A stretch of 64,000 nucleotides of DNA from an uncultured Gemmatimonadaceae bacterium (GCA_963829055.1 CAWHHI010000016.1:416001-480000); one strand, 5' to 3'; positions 53,353-62,779 are shown, counted from the first letter of the stretch. Notes: a model not told the origin generated them from the letters alone. Made by a program: numbers and translations.

Positions 53353-53457
53353 GCTGGTTGCTGGGTGGTCGTGCTTGGTGCTGGGTGACGCTGGGTGCCA
53401 GCTGGTTGCACCCACTCAGCGTCACCCAGCCACCAGCAGCCGCACCCAGCAACCAGC
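53353..53457. repeat. intergenic hairpin built from GCTGGGT-type short repeats
   Basis: Perfect 15-bp terminal IR GCTGGTTGCTGGGTG / CACCCAGCAACCAGC with internal repeats. Confidence 0.8.
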
Positions 53458-53469
53458 CTGCAGTTATAG

Positions 53470-53498
53470 TTGACAGCTAAGTGCCTGCGGAATATGTT
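53470..53498 (+). promoter_or_regulatory. sigma70 promoter of rplU-rpmA (TTGACA-17-TATGTT)
   Basis: Consensus -35, 17-bp spacer, near-consensus -10, upstream of rplU. Confidence 0.75.
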
Positions 53499-53536
53499 GC
53501 TAGGCTCTACATCCACCCTGCGTTTCAGAAATTCTT

Positions 53537-53851
53537 ATGTCTTACGCGATCATTCGCACCGGCGGGAAGCAGTTCCGCGTCGAGCCGGGCATGACGCTCC
53601 GGCTGCCGACGCTCGTCGGTGATGCTGGCGCTTCAATCGAGTTCAACGACGTCCTGCTTGGCTCCGATGGGAACACGGTGCACACCGGTGTCCCGTCGAT
53701 CTCCGGTGCCAAGGTGACCGGTGAGATCGTCAAGCACGGTCGCGGCGACAAGATCGTCGTCTTCAAGTTCCGACGCCGGAAGAACTACGCCCGCAAGCAG
53801 GGGCACCGGCAGGGCTTCACCGAAGTCCGCATCAAAGACATCACGCTCTAA
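53537..53851 (+). CDS. rplU: 50S ribosomal protein L21
   Basis: YAIIRTGGKQFRV...KFRRRKNY...GHRQ. Confidence 0.98.
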   Translation: MSYAIIRTGGKQFRVEPGMTLRLPTLVGDAGASIEFNDVLLGSDGNTVHTGVPSISGAKVTGEIVKHGRGDKIVVFKFRRRKNYARKQGHRQGFTEVRIKDITL

Positions 53852-53863
53852 GGCCGAGGCGAT

Positions 53864-54145
53864 ATGGCTCATAAAAAAGGCGTCGGCTCGTCCCGCAACG
53901 GGCGCGACAGCAATCCGAAATTCCGCGGCATCAAGAAATACGGTGGTGAGCGCGTGATCGCCGGGAACATCATCCTGCGCCAGTGCGGCACCAAATGGCA
54001 CCCGGGTCGTAACGTCGGCATCGGGACGGACTACACGATCTATTCGCTCATCGACGGCGTCGTGAAGTTCGAGCACAAGAGCAAGACGCGCTTCAAGGTC
54101 AGCGTCTATCCGGCGCAGGGTGACGAGGCCGTCACGGCTGCCTGA
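53864..54145 (+). CDS. rpmA: 50S ribosomal protein L27
   Basis: [16 protein letters not shown]. Confidence 0.98.
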   Translation: MAHKKGVGSSRNGRDSNPKFRGIKKYGGERVIAGNIILRQCGTKWHPGRNVGIGTDYTIYSLIDGVVKFEHKSKTRFKVSVYPAQGDEAVTAA

Positions 54146-54167
54146 TCGACGCGCAAGGCGAGAACCG

Positions 54168-54199
54168 AGGCTCCGCGATTAGCGGAGCCTTTTTCTTTT
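54168..54199 (+). terminator. rho-independent terminator after rpmA
   Basis: AGGCTCCGC-gatta-GCGGAGCCT followed by a T-rich tract. Confidence 0.85.
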
Positions 54200-54304
54200 C
54201 TAGCACCTGCATTGCCGCACAGCTCCCCTCGCTTGGGCACTCGCCGTGCAACATCGTACGGCGTGTCGTCGTAATTGGACGCGACACATTCAACGGTGAG
54301 ACCC

Positions 54305-54691
54305 ATGGCGATTTGGGACAAGCTCAAGACCGAGCTCGATCGCGCCGGCAAAGCGGCGCAGAACGCTCTTGATGAAGGGAAAGTCCGACTCGAGGCTTTC
54401 AGAACGCGTCAACTGGCAGACAAGGCGGCGCAAGCACTGGGCTACGCCGTGTACCGCGCGAAGCAGTCGGGCAGCGAGCTCGATGCCGAGACGTCCGCGC
54501 GTCTGCTGGCCACGCTGACGACACACGAAGCGGAAGCGGCACGACTCGAGCAGCAGCTCCACGACATTGGGGCGTCGAGACCCGACGCGCCATCCGCCGA
54601 GGCCTCGTCGGCACCTCCACCGCCGTCTTCACCGCCACCGCCACCATCGGCGGCAGACGCACCACCGGCACCGGAAGCGCCAGTGATTTAA
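54305..54691 (+). CDS. hypothetical coiled-coil protein with Pro-rich tail
   Basis: Clean ORF MAIWDKLKTELDRAG..., helical, low-complexity C-terminus. Confidence 0.7.
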   Translation: MAIWDKLKTELDRAGKAAQNALDEGKVRLEAFRTRQLADKAAQALGYAVYRAKQSGSELDAETSARLLATLTTHEAEAARLEQQLHDIGASRPDAPSAEASSAPPPPSSPPPPPSAADAPPAPEAPVI

Positions 54692-54694
54692 CAG

Positions 54695-54820
54695 GCTATC
54701 AGCCATCAGCCATCGGCCATCAGCTCAAACAGCGAACCCTCGCGATGCTTCTCTCGCGAGAGAAACGTCGCGAGGGTTCTCGCTTTTTGAGCTGATGGCT
54801 GATGGCTGATGGCTGATAGC
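54695..54820. repeat. long hairpin with heptamer repeats (CCATCAG)n / (CTGATGG)n between convergent genes
   Basis: About 35-bp near-perfect outer arms plus an inner GAACCCTCGCGA / TCGCGAGGGTTC stem. Confidence 0.88.
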
Positions 54821-54826
54821 TTATCG

Positions 54827-56173
54827 CTACGGCTTGCGATAAGCAGGAGGATAGGTCTTATACCGCTGCATCAACTCGTCCTGACGCGACGGTTGCGCGA
54901 CTTCACGGCCACGAATGAGAACGTGCTCCACCTTGGTCGTGAACTCGAACGGGTCGCCGCTCCACACCACGATGTTCGCGTCACGACCAGGCTGCAGGGA
55001 CCCAATGCGGTTCGCCACACCGAGCATCTCCGCCGGCGAGAGCGTGATCGAGCGCAGCGCAGCATCCCACGGAAGCCCGTAGGCGACCGCGACACCGGCG
55101 TCGTACTTCAGGTTGCGGACGTTGAACCCTTCCTCTCCGCTGCCATTCCCGATCAGCACCACCTTTGCGCCCGCGCGCTGCAGCAGCGCCGCGGCATCCT
55201 GCCGGTTGCCTAACGTCGAGAAGCTCTGCGGAAGGTTGTCCATCGACCCCACGATCACCGGGATCCCCGCCGCTGCCAGCCGGTCAGCCAGCTTCCACGA
55301 CTCTGCAGCCCCGACGATGATGAGCTTGACGTTCATCTCCTTGGCGAGCCGCATGATGGCGTCGATGTCACTCGACTGATCGACGTTCACCATGAGCGGC
55401 AGCCTTCCCTCGACGACGGGAATCAGCGCCTCCAGATCCGCCCGCCGCGCCGCGAATGCGCGCGTTTGTGCCCGCTCGAATTCCGAGCGGCGGCGGGCGT
55501 AAATGCGCGCGTCCTCGAGGACCTCCTTGAGTCGCACGTACTGCTCGCCGCGCGCGTTCGATCCCGCCGACCGCGGGTCGCCGAACTGTGCGACCATCGC
55601 GACCGGCGCCTTGTCGAGCATGTCCGAGAGCGTGCCTGGTACGAGATCGATGAGTGCCGCCTGTCCGGCAATGAGACCGCCGGTCGGCACGACGACCACG
55701 GACGTGACCCCGTCGTTCCGCGCCGGGGCGAACATCGTCGACGCGGGGTTGATGCCTTCCCACACCGGGAACGACGCCGCGATGCCGCTGTCTCCGCGCG
55801 CGCTGCGATCGACCGTGGCCTGAACCGCGTTGATTTCGGCCACGCCGAGGGAGGTGAGCGAATTGATGAGTCCCGGCGTAACCCACTTGCCCGTCGCGTC
55901 GATGCGAGTGGCGCCGTTAGGCACCGTGACGTTCGCGCCGACGGCGACGATCTTCCCATCGCGTACGAGAACCGTCCCGTTCTCGATCACCGGCCCGCTC
56001 ACCGGGTGAACCTTCCCGCCGGTGATGGCGATCGTCTGCGCGCCGGCACGCTCGGCGGTCGAGAGCAAGAGCGCGGCGACGGCAGCCAGCGCCGCGGTTC
56101 CGACCACGATTCTCGCGATTGCCGATTTCTGCCGCCCGCCGGCGGCGGGCACCCGCCCGATTCGCGTCGTCAT
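54827..56173 (-). CDS. exported amidohydrolase-family protein (degenerate metal site)
   Basis: Signal peptide, IDATGKWVTPGLI, GSLQPGRDANIVVWSGDP; HxH replaced by SLTS. Confidence 0.85.
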   Translation of the reverse strand: MTTRIGRVPAAGGRQKSAIARIVVGTAALAAVAALLLSTAERAGAQTIAITGGKVHPVSGPVIENGTVLVRDGKIVAVGANVTVPNGATRIDATGKWVTPGLINSLTSLGVAEINAVQATVDRSARGDSGIAASFPVWEGINPASTMFAPARNDGVTSVVVVPTGGLIAGQAALIDLVPGTLSDMLDKAPVAMVAQFGDPRSAGSNARGEQYVRLKEVLEDARIYARRRSEFERAQTRAFAARRADLEALIPVVEGRLPLMVNVDQSSDIDAIMRLAKEMNVKLIIVGAAESWKLADRLAAAGIPVIVGSMDNLPQSFSTLGNRQDAAALLQRAGAKVVLIGNGSGEEGFNVRNLKYDAGVAVAYGLPWDAALRSITLSPAEMLGVANRIGSLQPGRDANIVVWSGDPFEFTTKVEHVLIRGREVAQPSRQDELMQRYKTYPPAYRKP

Positions 56174-57630
56174 CGTGCACCCCCGTTAGGCAGCGGAACG
56201 TTCCCGAGCTCGAAGTCCGTACGCCACCAGGACGCCGGGTTTGCGCGATCGTACGCCGCCGCGCCATCGAGCCACACCCGATCGACGCGTGAGTACACGC
56301 TGAACGGGTTGCCGGACCACAGCACAACGTCCGCGTTCTTGCCCACCTCGATGGATCCGATCTTGTCGTCGAGACCGAGCGCCCACGCCGGGTTGATCGT
56401 GAGCCACTTGATCGCTTCGTCCTCCGTCGTGTGGATCCCGATCTGTTCACCCGCGGCCATGGCCTTCGCCGCATCCTGGTTCAGACGCTGCATCCCGGAC
56501 GGATCATCGGAGTGCACGATCGCGCGGGCACCTGCCGCGCTCACCATGGCGAGGTTCGCGCGCACGCCATCCATCGCCTCCATCTTGAACCCGCCCCAGT
56601 CCGACCAGAGCGACGCGGAGATCCCTTCCTTCGCCAGGCGATCGGCGACCTTGTACGCCTCCACGCCATGGTGGAACGAGCGAATCTTGTAGCCGAACTC
56701 CTTGGCGATGTCGATCATCTGCACCATCTCGTCGGCGCGGTAGCAGTGGTTGTGCACCAGGATGTTGCCGCGCAGGACTTCCGCGAGCGTCTCGAGCCCG
56801 AGATCGCGCTGCGGAGGATCGCCCTGATGGTCGGCGTTCCACTTGTCCCACCGACGGCGATAGCCTTCCGCCTGGATCCATGCGGCGCGATATCCCGCCA
56901 CGTTCCCCATGCGCGTCGACGGCCCGCGTTGCGCGTACACGCGCTTCGGATTCTCGCCGCACGCCATCTTCAGGCCGTATTTCGCGCCCGGGAATTTCAT
57001 TCCCTGGACCGAGGCGGACGGGACCACCTTCAGCACCACGCTCCGTCCGCCGATCAGATTCCCCGACCCTGGAAGGATCTGAACGGTCGTCACGCCGCTC
57101 GCGAGCGCTCGCGGGAACTGCGGATCCTGCGGCCACACCGAGTGCTCGGCCCACACGTTCGCCGTCACAGGGTTGGTGAGCTCGTTTCCGTCGGACAACG
57201 CGTCGCCACCGGGGGCTGCGTACACGCCCAGGTGTGAGTGGTCGTCGATGACGCCGGGAGTGAGAAACTTGCCGCGACCGTCGATGACGTCTGCATCCGG
57301 GGGAGCGCTCACAGTCGTCCCGACCGCGGCGATCTTGCCATCGCGGAGCAACACACTGCCGTTCCGAATCGTCGGCCCGGCGGCCGTCATGATGGTCACG
57401 TCGCGAATCAGCGTTGCTCGTGATTGCGGAATGGCGTACGTGCTCGGGAATGGATCGGCGTTAGGCGCCGAGATCGCCCCGGCACCGGGGGCCGGGCGAC
57501 CCGTGTCTGCGCGGGCTCCAGCGGGTGCGGCCGGGCGTGGTTGCGTCGAAGGCGCGGTCTGCGCAGGAGCGCATCCCTCGAGAGCGACGACTACAGCCGC
57601 CGCGAGAGCGACGGCACGTTGAATTCGCAT
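56170..57630 (-). CDS. amidohydrolase-family lipoprotein
   Basis: Lipobox-like LEGC, PGVIDDHSH, KMACGENP, HNHCY, HHG, HSDD. Confidence 0.88.
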   Translation of the reverse strand: MRIQRAVALAAAVVVALEGCAPAQTAPSTQPRPAAPAGARADTGRPAPGAGAISAPNADPFPSTYAIPQSRATLIRDVTIMTAAGPTIRNGSVLLRDGKIAAVGTTVSAPPDADVIDGRGKFLTPGVIDDHSHLGVYAAPGGDALSDGNELTNPVTANVWAEHSVWPQDPQFPRALASGVTTVQILPGSGNLIGGRSVVLKVVPSASVQGMKFPGAKYGLKMACGENPKRVYAQRGPSTRMGNVAGYRAAWIQAEGYRRRWDKWNADHQGDPPQRDLGLETLAEVLRGNILVHNHCYRADEMVQMIDIAKEFGYKIRSFHHGVEAYKVADRLAKEGISASLWSDWGGFKMEAMDGVRANLAMVSAAGARAIVHSDDPSGMQRLNQDAAKAMAAGEQIGIHTTEDEAIKWLTINPAWALGLDDKIGSIEVGKNADVVLWSGNPFSVYSRVDRVWLDGAAAYDRANPASWWRTDFELGNVPLPNGGAR

Positions 57631-57695
57631 GAGTCGGTGGATTCGAGCTGGGGTTTGTGGTTCGATTCGCCCTCTAGCTGGAGAGCCCTGCGAAG

Positions 57696-58451
57696 CTAGG
57701 GCAGGCGACTTCCGCCCGCGAGGTCGCCGACGAGCGCGCGCATCGCCCCGGGGATATCGCTGCAGATGCCATCGACGCCCCAGTCGAGCAGACGCCGGGC
57801 GACGTCGGGACTGTTGACGGTCCATGCAATGATGCGCCGAGCGTCGCCGTGTACGAGGCGGACAAGCGCCTCGTCGATCAACTCCCATTGCTGCCACAGG
57901 TCGCGTGCTCCGGCGTCGTACATGGCGCGGAGCGGGTCGACCGGATAGCTCGTCTGCAGGACGCCGACGGGGATCTCGGGCGCAATGTCATGGACGCGCC
58001 GGGCAACGCGGTGGTCGAAGCTGTGGACGGCACAGGCGCGGCCGCTCGCCCGAATGACAGCAACGACCTCGGCCTCGATCCGCGGCGCCTTGACCTCCAC
58101 ATACACCGTCGAATCTCGCGGAACTGTTTCGAGCAGCGACTCGAGCGTAGGAATGCGCTCGGTGCCTCCAGTACCTCCCGAACCGACGGCTATCGACTGG
58201 ATCGCATCGAGCATCGACTCGGCGATGACGGCGACGGTACCCGAGTCGCCAGGCCGCGAGTTCGTCGCCGCGTCGTGGTGTACGACGATGACGCCATCCC
58301 GCGTTGCGTGGACGTCGAGCTCGACGGAGTCGGCGCCGTCCGCGAATGCTCGGCGGAACGAAGCGATCGTGTTTTCGCGGTGTTCGCGGGGTGAGCCGCG
58401 ATGACCGATGATCTCTACCGTCGGGGGTCGCCCTTCGCTTGCGTAAGCCAT
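57696..58451 (-). CDS. glycerophosphodiester phosphodiesterase
   Basis: IGHRG, RENT, ELDVH, HHD, EVK, AWTVN, GVDGICSD. Confidence 0.92.
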   Translation of the reverse strand: MAYASEGRPPTVEIIGHRGSPREHRENTIASFRRAFADGADSVELDVHATRDGVIVVHHDAATNSRPGDSGTVAVIAESMLDAIQSIAVGSGGTGGTERIPTLESLLETVPRDSTVYVEVKAPRIEAEVVAVIRASGRACAVHSFDHRVARRVHDIAPEIPVGVLQTSYPVDPLRAMYDAGARDLWQQWELIDEALVRLVHGDARRIIAWTVNSPDVARRLLDWGVDGICSDIPGAMRALVGDLAGGSRLP

Positions 58452-58529
58452 TGGATGGCGCGAACCTAGAAGCGGCCCGCCGCACTGTCAACGGCCCCTT
58501 AACGTCGTGCGCTGGCGGGCGTCTCACGA

Positions 58530-59093
58530 ATGAACCGCATGGTCCAGGACAATGAGCCCAACGAGAATTCCACCGATCTGGAGCTCATAGCCCGGTGGAG
58601 CGCCGGCGACGAGCGAGCTGCCACGCGTCTGGTGGAGCGGCATGCGCCGGCGCTCGCTCGCTTTGCCGCCAGCCTGGGCCAGCGGGTCGATATCGAGGAG
58701 ATCGTTCAGGACACGTTCGTGCGGGCGTTCGGATCGATCGACTCATTTCGAGCGGACAGCTCGCTGCGGACGTGGCTGTTCACGATCGAGCGGAGGCTGA
58801 TACTCGACAGGCGGCGCGCCGAACGCCGACGGAAAGAAGACGGCACGGTGGATGACGCGGATGCGGCCACCGAGTTCGACGCGTTGGATGAGATCGTCGC
58901 CGAGGAGGCAGAGGCGCGGGTTCGGAGCGCTGTCGAACGGTTGTCGCGGCTGCAGCGAGAGGTGTTTCTGCTACGGGTGAATGAAGGATTGTCGTACAAG
59001 GAGATCGCCGAGGTCGTCGGTAGCACGGAGGGCGCGGCGCGGGTGCACTACCACAACGCCATGCGGGCCGTGAAGGAGCTGCTCTATGTTTGA
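58530..59093 (+). CDS. ECF RNA polymerase sigma factor
   Basis: EEIVQDTFVRAF, SLRTWLFTI, LSYKEIAEVVG (regions 2 and 4). Confidence 0.93.
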   Translation: MNRMVQDNEPNENSTDLELIARWSAGDERAATRLVERHAPALARFAASLGQRVDIEEIVQDTFVRAFGSIDSFRADSSLRTWLFTIERRLILDRRRAERRRKEDGTVDDADAATEFDALDEIVAEEAEARVRSAVERLSRLQREVFLLRVNEGLSYKEIAEVVGSTEGAARVHYHNAMRAVKELLYV

Positions 59094-59778
59094 TTGCGCG
59101 AACGTCGAGATGCGTGAGCTGCTTCCCGAGCTGGTCGCGGGAACGCTGGACGCGACGACGCGTGCGCGCGTCGAGGAGCACGTCGCTGCATGTCCGGAGT
59201 GTGCCTCGGAGCTGGAGACACTTCGGCTCGTGCGCGCGGCATTCGCGCGCGCGCCGAAGATCGACGCGAGTCACGTCGTCGCGTCGCTGCCGAGGCCTCG
59301 TGCTGTCGTCGCAGCGCCGCAGCGTAATGCGAAGGTGATCCGCTGGCTCGACTGGCGCATCGCCGCCGCCCTCACGACGATCACGGTTGGCGGTCTGTCG
59401 CTCGCCGTAAGCCAGCGTATGCGTGATGTGACCGCGGTGCTCCCATCCGATTCCGCTTCCGCGCAGGTCCAATCGCCCTTGGCGACGGACCCTAACGCGG
59501 CAGGAGGTGGCTTGGCGCTGCCTAACAAGCCCGTCCCGAGCGATCGCCAGACGTCGTCGACAGGCACGCGTTCGAGTGCGCCGGAACCGGTGTCGGCAGC
59601 TGTCACATCGCCGGCCAAACCACAACTATCCGTGGGCGGCGGGATGGGTGATCTCGACGATGCGTCGCTTCAATCGTTGCTTGGCGCGCTCGAGGAGATC
59701 GACCGTGCACCGGTGGCGCCGTCGGCGGAGCCGGATCGATCACCCGTGCTGCCCGTCATCAAGGCGGGTGATCGATGA
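59086..59778 (+). CDS. zf-HC2 (ZAS) anti-sigma factor
   Basis: HVAACPEC (HxxxCxxC) followed by one TM helix; overlaps the sigma stop. Confidence 0.88.
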   Translation: MFDCANVEMRELLPELVAGTLDATTRARVEEHVAACPECASELETLRLVRAAFARAPKIDASHVVASLPRPRAVVAAPQRNAKVIRWLDWRIAAALTTITVGGLSLAVSQRMRDVTAVLPSDSASAQVQSPLATDPNAAGGGLALPNKPVPSDRQTSSTGTRSSAPEPVSAAVTSPAKPQLSVGGGMGDLDDASLQSLLGALEEIDRAPVAPSAEPDRSPVLPVIKAGDR

Positions 59779-60347
59779 ATCGACGCGCGTCGCGGCTCGC
59801 GTGCGTCTGTGCGCTGATGCTGCCCCTCCTCGTCGCCTGCGTTTCGTCGCAGGCGGTGGGGCAGCAAGTCGACCGCGCACCGGCGCGAGCTGGCGCACCG
59901 GCACAGGGGCGCGTCGGGCTCGAGCGTCAATTTCGGGAAAGGCTCGCTGAGGTGGTGCGACGCCGACTGAATCTCGACGAAGCCCAGATGCGGGAGCTCG
60001 GGCAGGTGAACGAGCGGTTCGAACGCGAACGGATGCTGCTGCTCCGGGACGATCGGCAGGTGCGCCAGTCGCTCCGCGCCGAAGTGCTGCTTGGTGATTC
60101 GGCGAATCAGGGCAGGGTGGCCACCCTGCTCGACCAAGCGCTCGAGATCCAGCGGCGCCGACTCGATCTGACCGCCCGCGAGCAGCACGATCTCGCGGCC
60201 TTCATGACCCCGGTGCAGCGCGCGAAGTACTTCGGCATCCAGGACGAGCTGCGCCGACGGATGGAGGACATTCGTCAGAACAGGCAGGAGCGGCAGCGAA
60301 GGGGCGGGGGACCGGGATCGGGCGCGCAACGTCAACCGCCGCCGTAG
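59775..60347 (+). CDS. Spy/CpxP-like periplasmic helical protein
   Basis: Signal peptide, LNLDEAQ and MTPVQ LTxxQ-like motifs. Confidence 0.7.
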   Translation: MNRRASRLACVCALMLPLLVACVSSQAVGQQVDRAPARAGAPAQGRVGLERQFRERLAEVVRRRLNLDEAQMRELGQVNERFERERMLLLRDDRQVRQSLRAEVLLGDSANQGRVATLLDQALEIQRRRLDLTAREQHDLAAFMTPVQRAKYFGIQDELRRRMEDIRQNRQERQRRGGGPGSGAQRQPPP

Positions 60348-60451
60348 CGCCTCTGTCGCACACACGCCACCAGGCAAGACTCGCGATATGACCTGTAACG
60401 CGGGATCTACCGCGTTGAGCGCCGCGCGCGGGCCGACTACATTGCGTCAGC

Positions 60452-60535
60452 GCCCGGGTGGCGGAATTGGTAGACGCAGGGGACTCAAAATCCCCCGACC
60501 TTCGGGTCTTACGAGTTCGAGTCTCGTCCCGGGTA
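60452..60535 (+). tRNA. tRNA-Leu (CAA)
   Basis: GCCCGGG acceptor stem, GGGGA-CT-CAA-AA-TCCCC anticodon arm, long variable arm, GTTCGA T-loop; CCA not encoded. Confidence 0.96.
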
Positions 60536-60554
60536 TTGATCACTTCGTTGTTCG

Positions 60555-60586
60555 CGGGCGCCTGCTTCGGTAGGCGCCCGTTTTTT
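60555..60586 (+). terminator. rho-independent terminator after tRNA-Leu
   Basis: CGGGCGCCTGC-TTCG-GTAGGCGCCCG followed by T6. Confidence 0.9.
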
Positions 60587-60894
60587 CGTTCCTCTGCGGT
60601 CCTAACGAGCGCGATAGGAAGTCCCTGGTCAGCCTGCTTGTTGCCGGCAGAGGCGCGGCGATGCCGCGCCGGAGCCTGGAACTACATACCACTGGTCGGC
60701 AGGGTATGATACCTCCAAGGAGGTATGTTACCCCATCCATCTCCTGCAAGCACCAGCACACCTAACAACCACGCCAACCAGAAGCGATGGCGCAGGAACG
60801 TTCTTCGTTGTACTTTCGGGTCAGGCGGCACCGGACCTGAGTCGTTAGGACACGTTAGGTCCCGGCCAACGGCCGCCGAAGGCAGGTGCCTCGG

Positions 60895-61473
60895 ATGGAA
60901 TCGACGTCAGCAGTATTCGACCGCGATCAGACCGGCGGGAGCATTCCGCCGCCTCCGTCGCGCGATCGGGATGGCCTCAGCGCCCTCGAGCGGAAGGCGC
61001 TCTACCGAGTCCACACGGAGCTGCCGGCGATGCCGGCCTCACTCGTCGTCCAGATCCTTCTCTGGCCTGAGAAGATGACCGACTGGGCGCGTGATGAGAG
61101 CGTGACCCCGGCTCTCGTGTACAACATGCTCGGCGGCTTCAAGCCATATCACGGCCTTCGCGAGCGCCTGGCGCAGCGACTCGGCGTCACGAAGGCCGCG
61201 GTCGACCATCTCATCGACGCGCGGCGCCAGCAGCCGTCCACACGACGCATTCCGGAACCGCCACCAGACTTCGTGCCCGACGACGTGTCGCTCGCAACGG
61301 GCTCTCGTCCGCAGGCCGCAGCGCGGACTCCAATTGGTGGGAACCCCAACGGTTTCGACCCACAGGAGAACGAGCCGTCGTCACCTGAGGCCGCGTCGCA
61401 ACAGACAGACGAGCCACCCGCCAGCGAGGCGCCTCCCGAGCAATCCGGACAGCAAATCACGTTCGAGCTCTGA
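60895..61473 (+). CDS. hypothetical protein with possible XRE/Ner-like HTH and disordered acidic tail
   Basis: MTDWARDESVTPALVYNMLGG...RERLAQRLGV resembles a Cro/XRE-type HTH; AGGT RBS-like upstream. Confidence 0.55.
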   Translation: MESTSAVFDRDQTGGSIPPPPSRDRDGLSALERKALYRVHTELPAMPASLVVQILLWPEKMTDWARDESVTPALVYNMLGGFKPYHGLRERLAQRLGVTKAAVDHLIDARRQQPSTRRIPEPPPDFVPDDVSLATGSRPQAAARTPIGGNPNGFDPQENEPSSPEAASQQTDEPPASEAPPEQSGQQITFEL

Positions 61474-61644
61474 GCCTGGAACCTGCGTCGACCAATTACC
61501 GCCTGTTAAGGTTGACACCGTCATTATGCGGGATGTGCTCACGGCGCGTGCCTGTGGCGGGGAGTGTGCAGTGGCACACCACTCGTCTACCGCCACGTGC
61601 GCAGCTATCCGACTTCGAGCGTCCGCGTTTCGGGCCGCACCGCC

Positions 61645-62763
61645 ATGCACCAACTCCGAATCGCCCAAGTCACCGAGTATTACTACCCGCACCTCGGCGG
61701 CATCTGCGAGCACGTCCATTTCCTGGCGCGTGAGGCGGCGCTCCGGGGTCATCACGTCGACATCATCACGTCGAACCTCGACGGTGCGCGCGACACGCCG
61801 AATGTGATCCGCGTCGGCCAGAGCGTACCGGTCTACAGCAACGGGTCACTCGCGCGCATCACCGTCGGGCGCGGACTGCGCCGCCAGGTCAGAGAAGTGC
61901 TCTCGCGCGGGCAGTACGACATCGTTCACGTGCATGCACCGCTCGCTCCGTCGCTCCCACTGCTAGCGGTAGATGAGGCCGAGTGCCCCGTCGTTGGGAC
62001 GTTTCATACGTATTTCGACTACTCGGTAGGCTATACTCTCGGCCGTCGCTACTTTCAGCGACGGCTGTCTCGTCTCGCCGCCGCGGTGGCCGTGTCACCG
62101 ACCGTCGTCGAAGCGCACGAGCGTTACTTCTCGACTGACTGGACCCATATCCCGAACGGCGTGGACACGCACTTCTTCTCGCCTGACGCGCCGCGTCCGC
62201 TCGCGATCCGACCCGACGTGCCCTCGATCCTGTTCCTCGGGCGCTTCGATCCGCGCAATGGGCTCGCCTCACTCATGGATGCGTTCAAACGCATTCGTGG
62301 CCCAAGCCGGCCGGCGCAGCTCGTGGTGGTAGGCGATGGCCCCCTTCGAGCGCACTACCGGCGTCTCGCGGCCGGCGACCCGGACATCACGTTCGTCGGG
62401 TCGGTGCTGGGTGAGCGTCCCGACTTCTACGCGAACTGTTCGATCTACGCCTGCCCAACGACCAAGGCGTCCTTCGGTATTACGCTGCTCGAGTCGATGG
62501 CGTGCGGCACGCCGATCGTGTGCTCCGACATCAACGGCTTTCGCAACGTGGTGGCGCACGACCGCGAAGCGTTGCTCGTTCCGTGCGGCGACACAGGCGC
62601 CCTCGCCGATACGTTGGCGGCGCTCCTGGATGACGACGCATCGCGCGCACGCCTCGGAGCGGCTGGCCGGCAGCGCGCGCTGGCGTACGGCTGGCCGCGC
62701 GTGAGCGACACGATTCTGGGCCTCTACGCCCAGATCCTCGGCGTGAACCGTCTGGCCGCGTGA
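61645..62763 (+). CDS. GT4 glycosyltransferase (PimA-like)
   Basis: YYPHLGG, DIVHVH, IPNGVD, FLGRFDPRNG, SFGITLLESMACG. Confidence 0.9.
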   Translation: MHQLRIAQVTEYYYPHLGGICEHVHFLAREAALRGHHVDIITSNLDGARDTPNVIRVGQSVPVYSNGSLARITVGRGLRRQVREVLSRGQYDIVHVHAPLAPSLPLLAVDEAECPVVGTFHTYFDYSVGYTLGRRYFQRRLSRLAAAVAVSPTVVEAHERYFSTDWTHIPNGVDTHFFSPDAPRPLAIRPDVPSILFLGRFDPRNGLASLMDAFKRIRGPSRPAQLVVVGDGPLRAHYRRLAAGDPDITFVGSVLGERPDFYANCSIYACPTTKASFGITLLESMACGTPIVCSDINGFRNVVAHDREALLVPCGDTGALADTLAALLDDDASRARLGAAGRQRALAYGWPRVSDTILGLYAQILGVNRLAA

Positions 62764-62779
62764 GCACAACGGGAGACCG

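Noticed and set aside
53353..54820. CRISPR array
   Set aside because: The repeats are about 7-nt units forming inverted arms, with no spacers and no cas genes.
60760..60860. Integron attC site (ACCTAAC...GTTAGGT, 101 nt), and GTTAGGC as an integron core site generally
   Set aside because: It matches RYYYAAC/GTTRRRY, but there is no convincing L-box pairing, no cassette array and no integrase. The other copies lie inside housekeeping genes.
61512..61540. sigma70 promoter at TTGACA upstream of the GT4 gene
   Set aside because: No acceptable -10 hexamer at 16-18 bp spacing.
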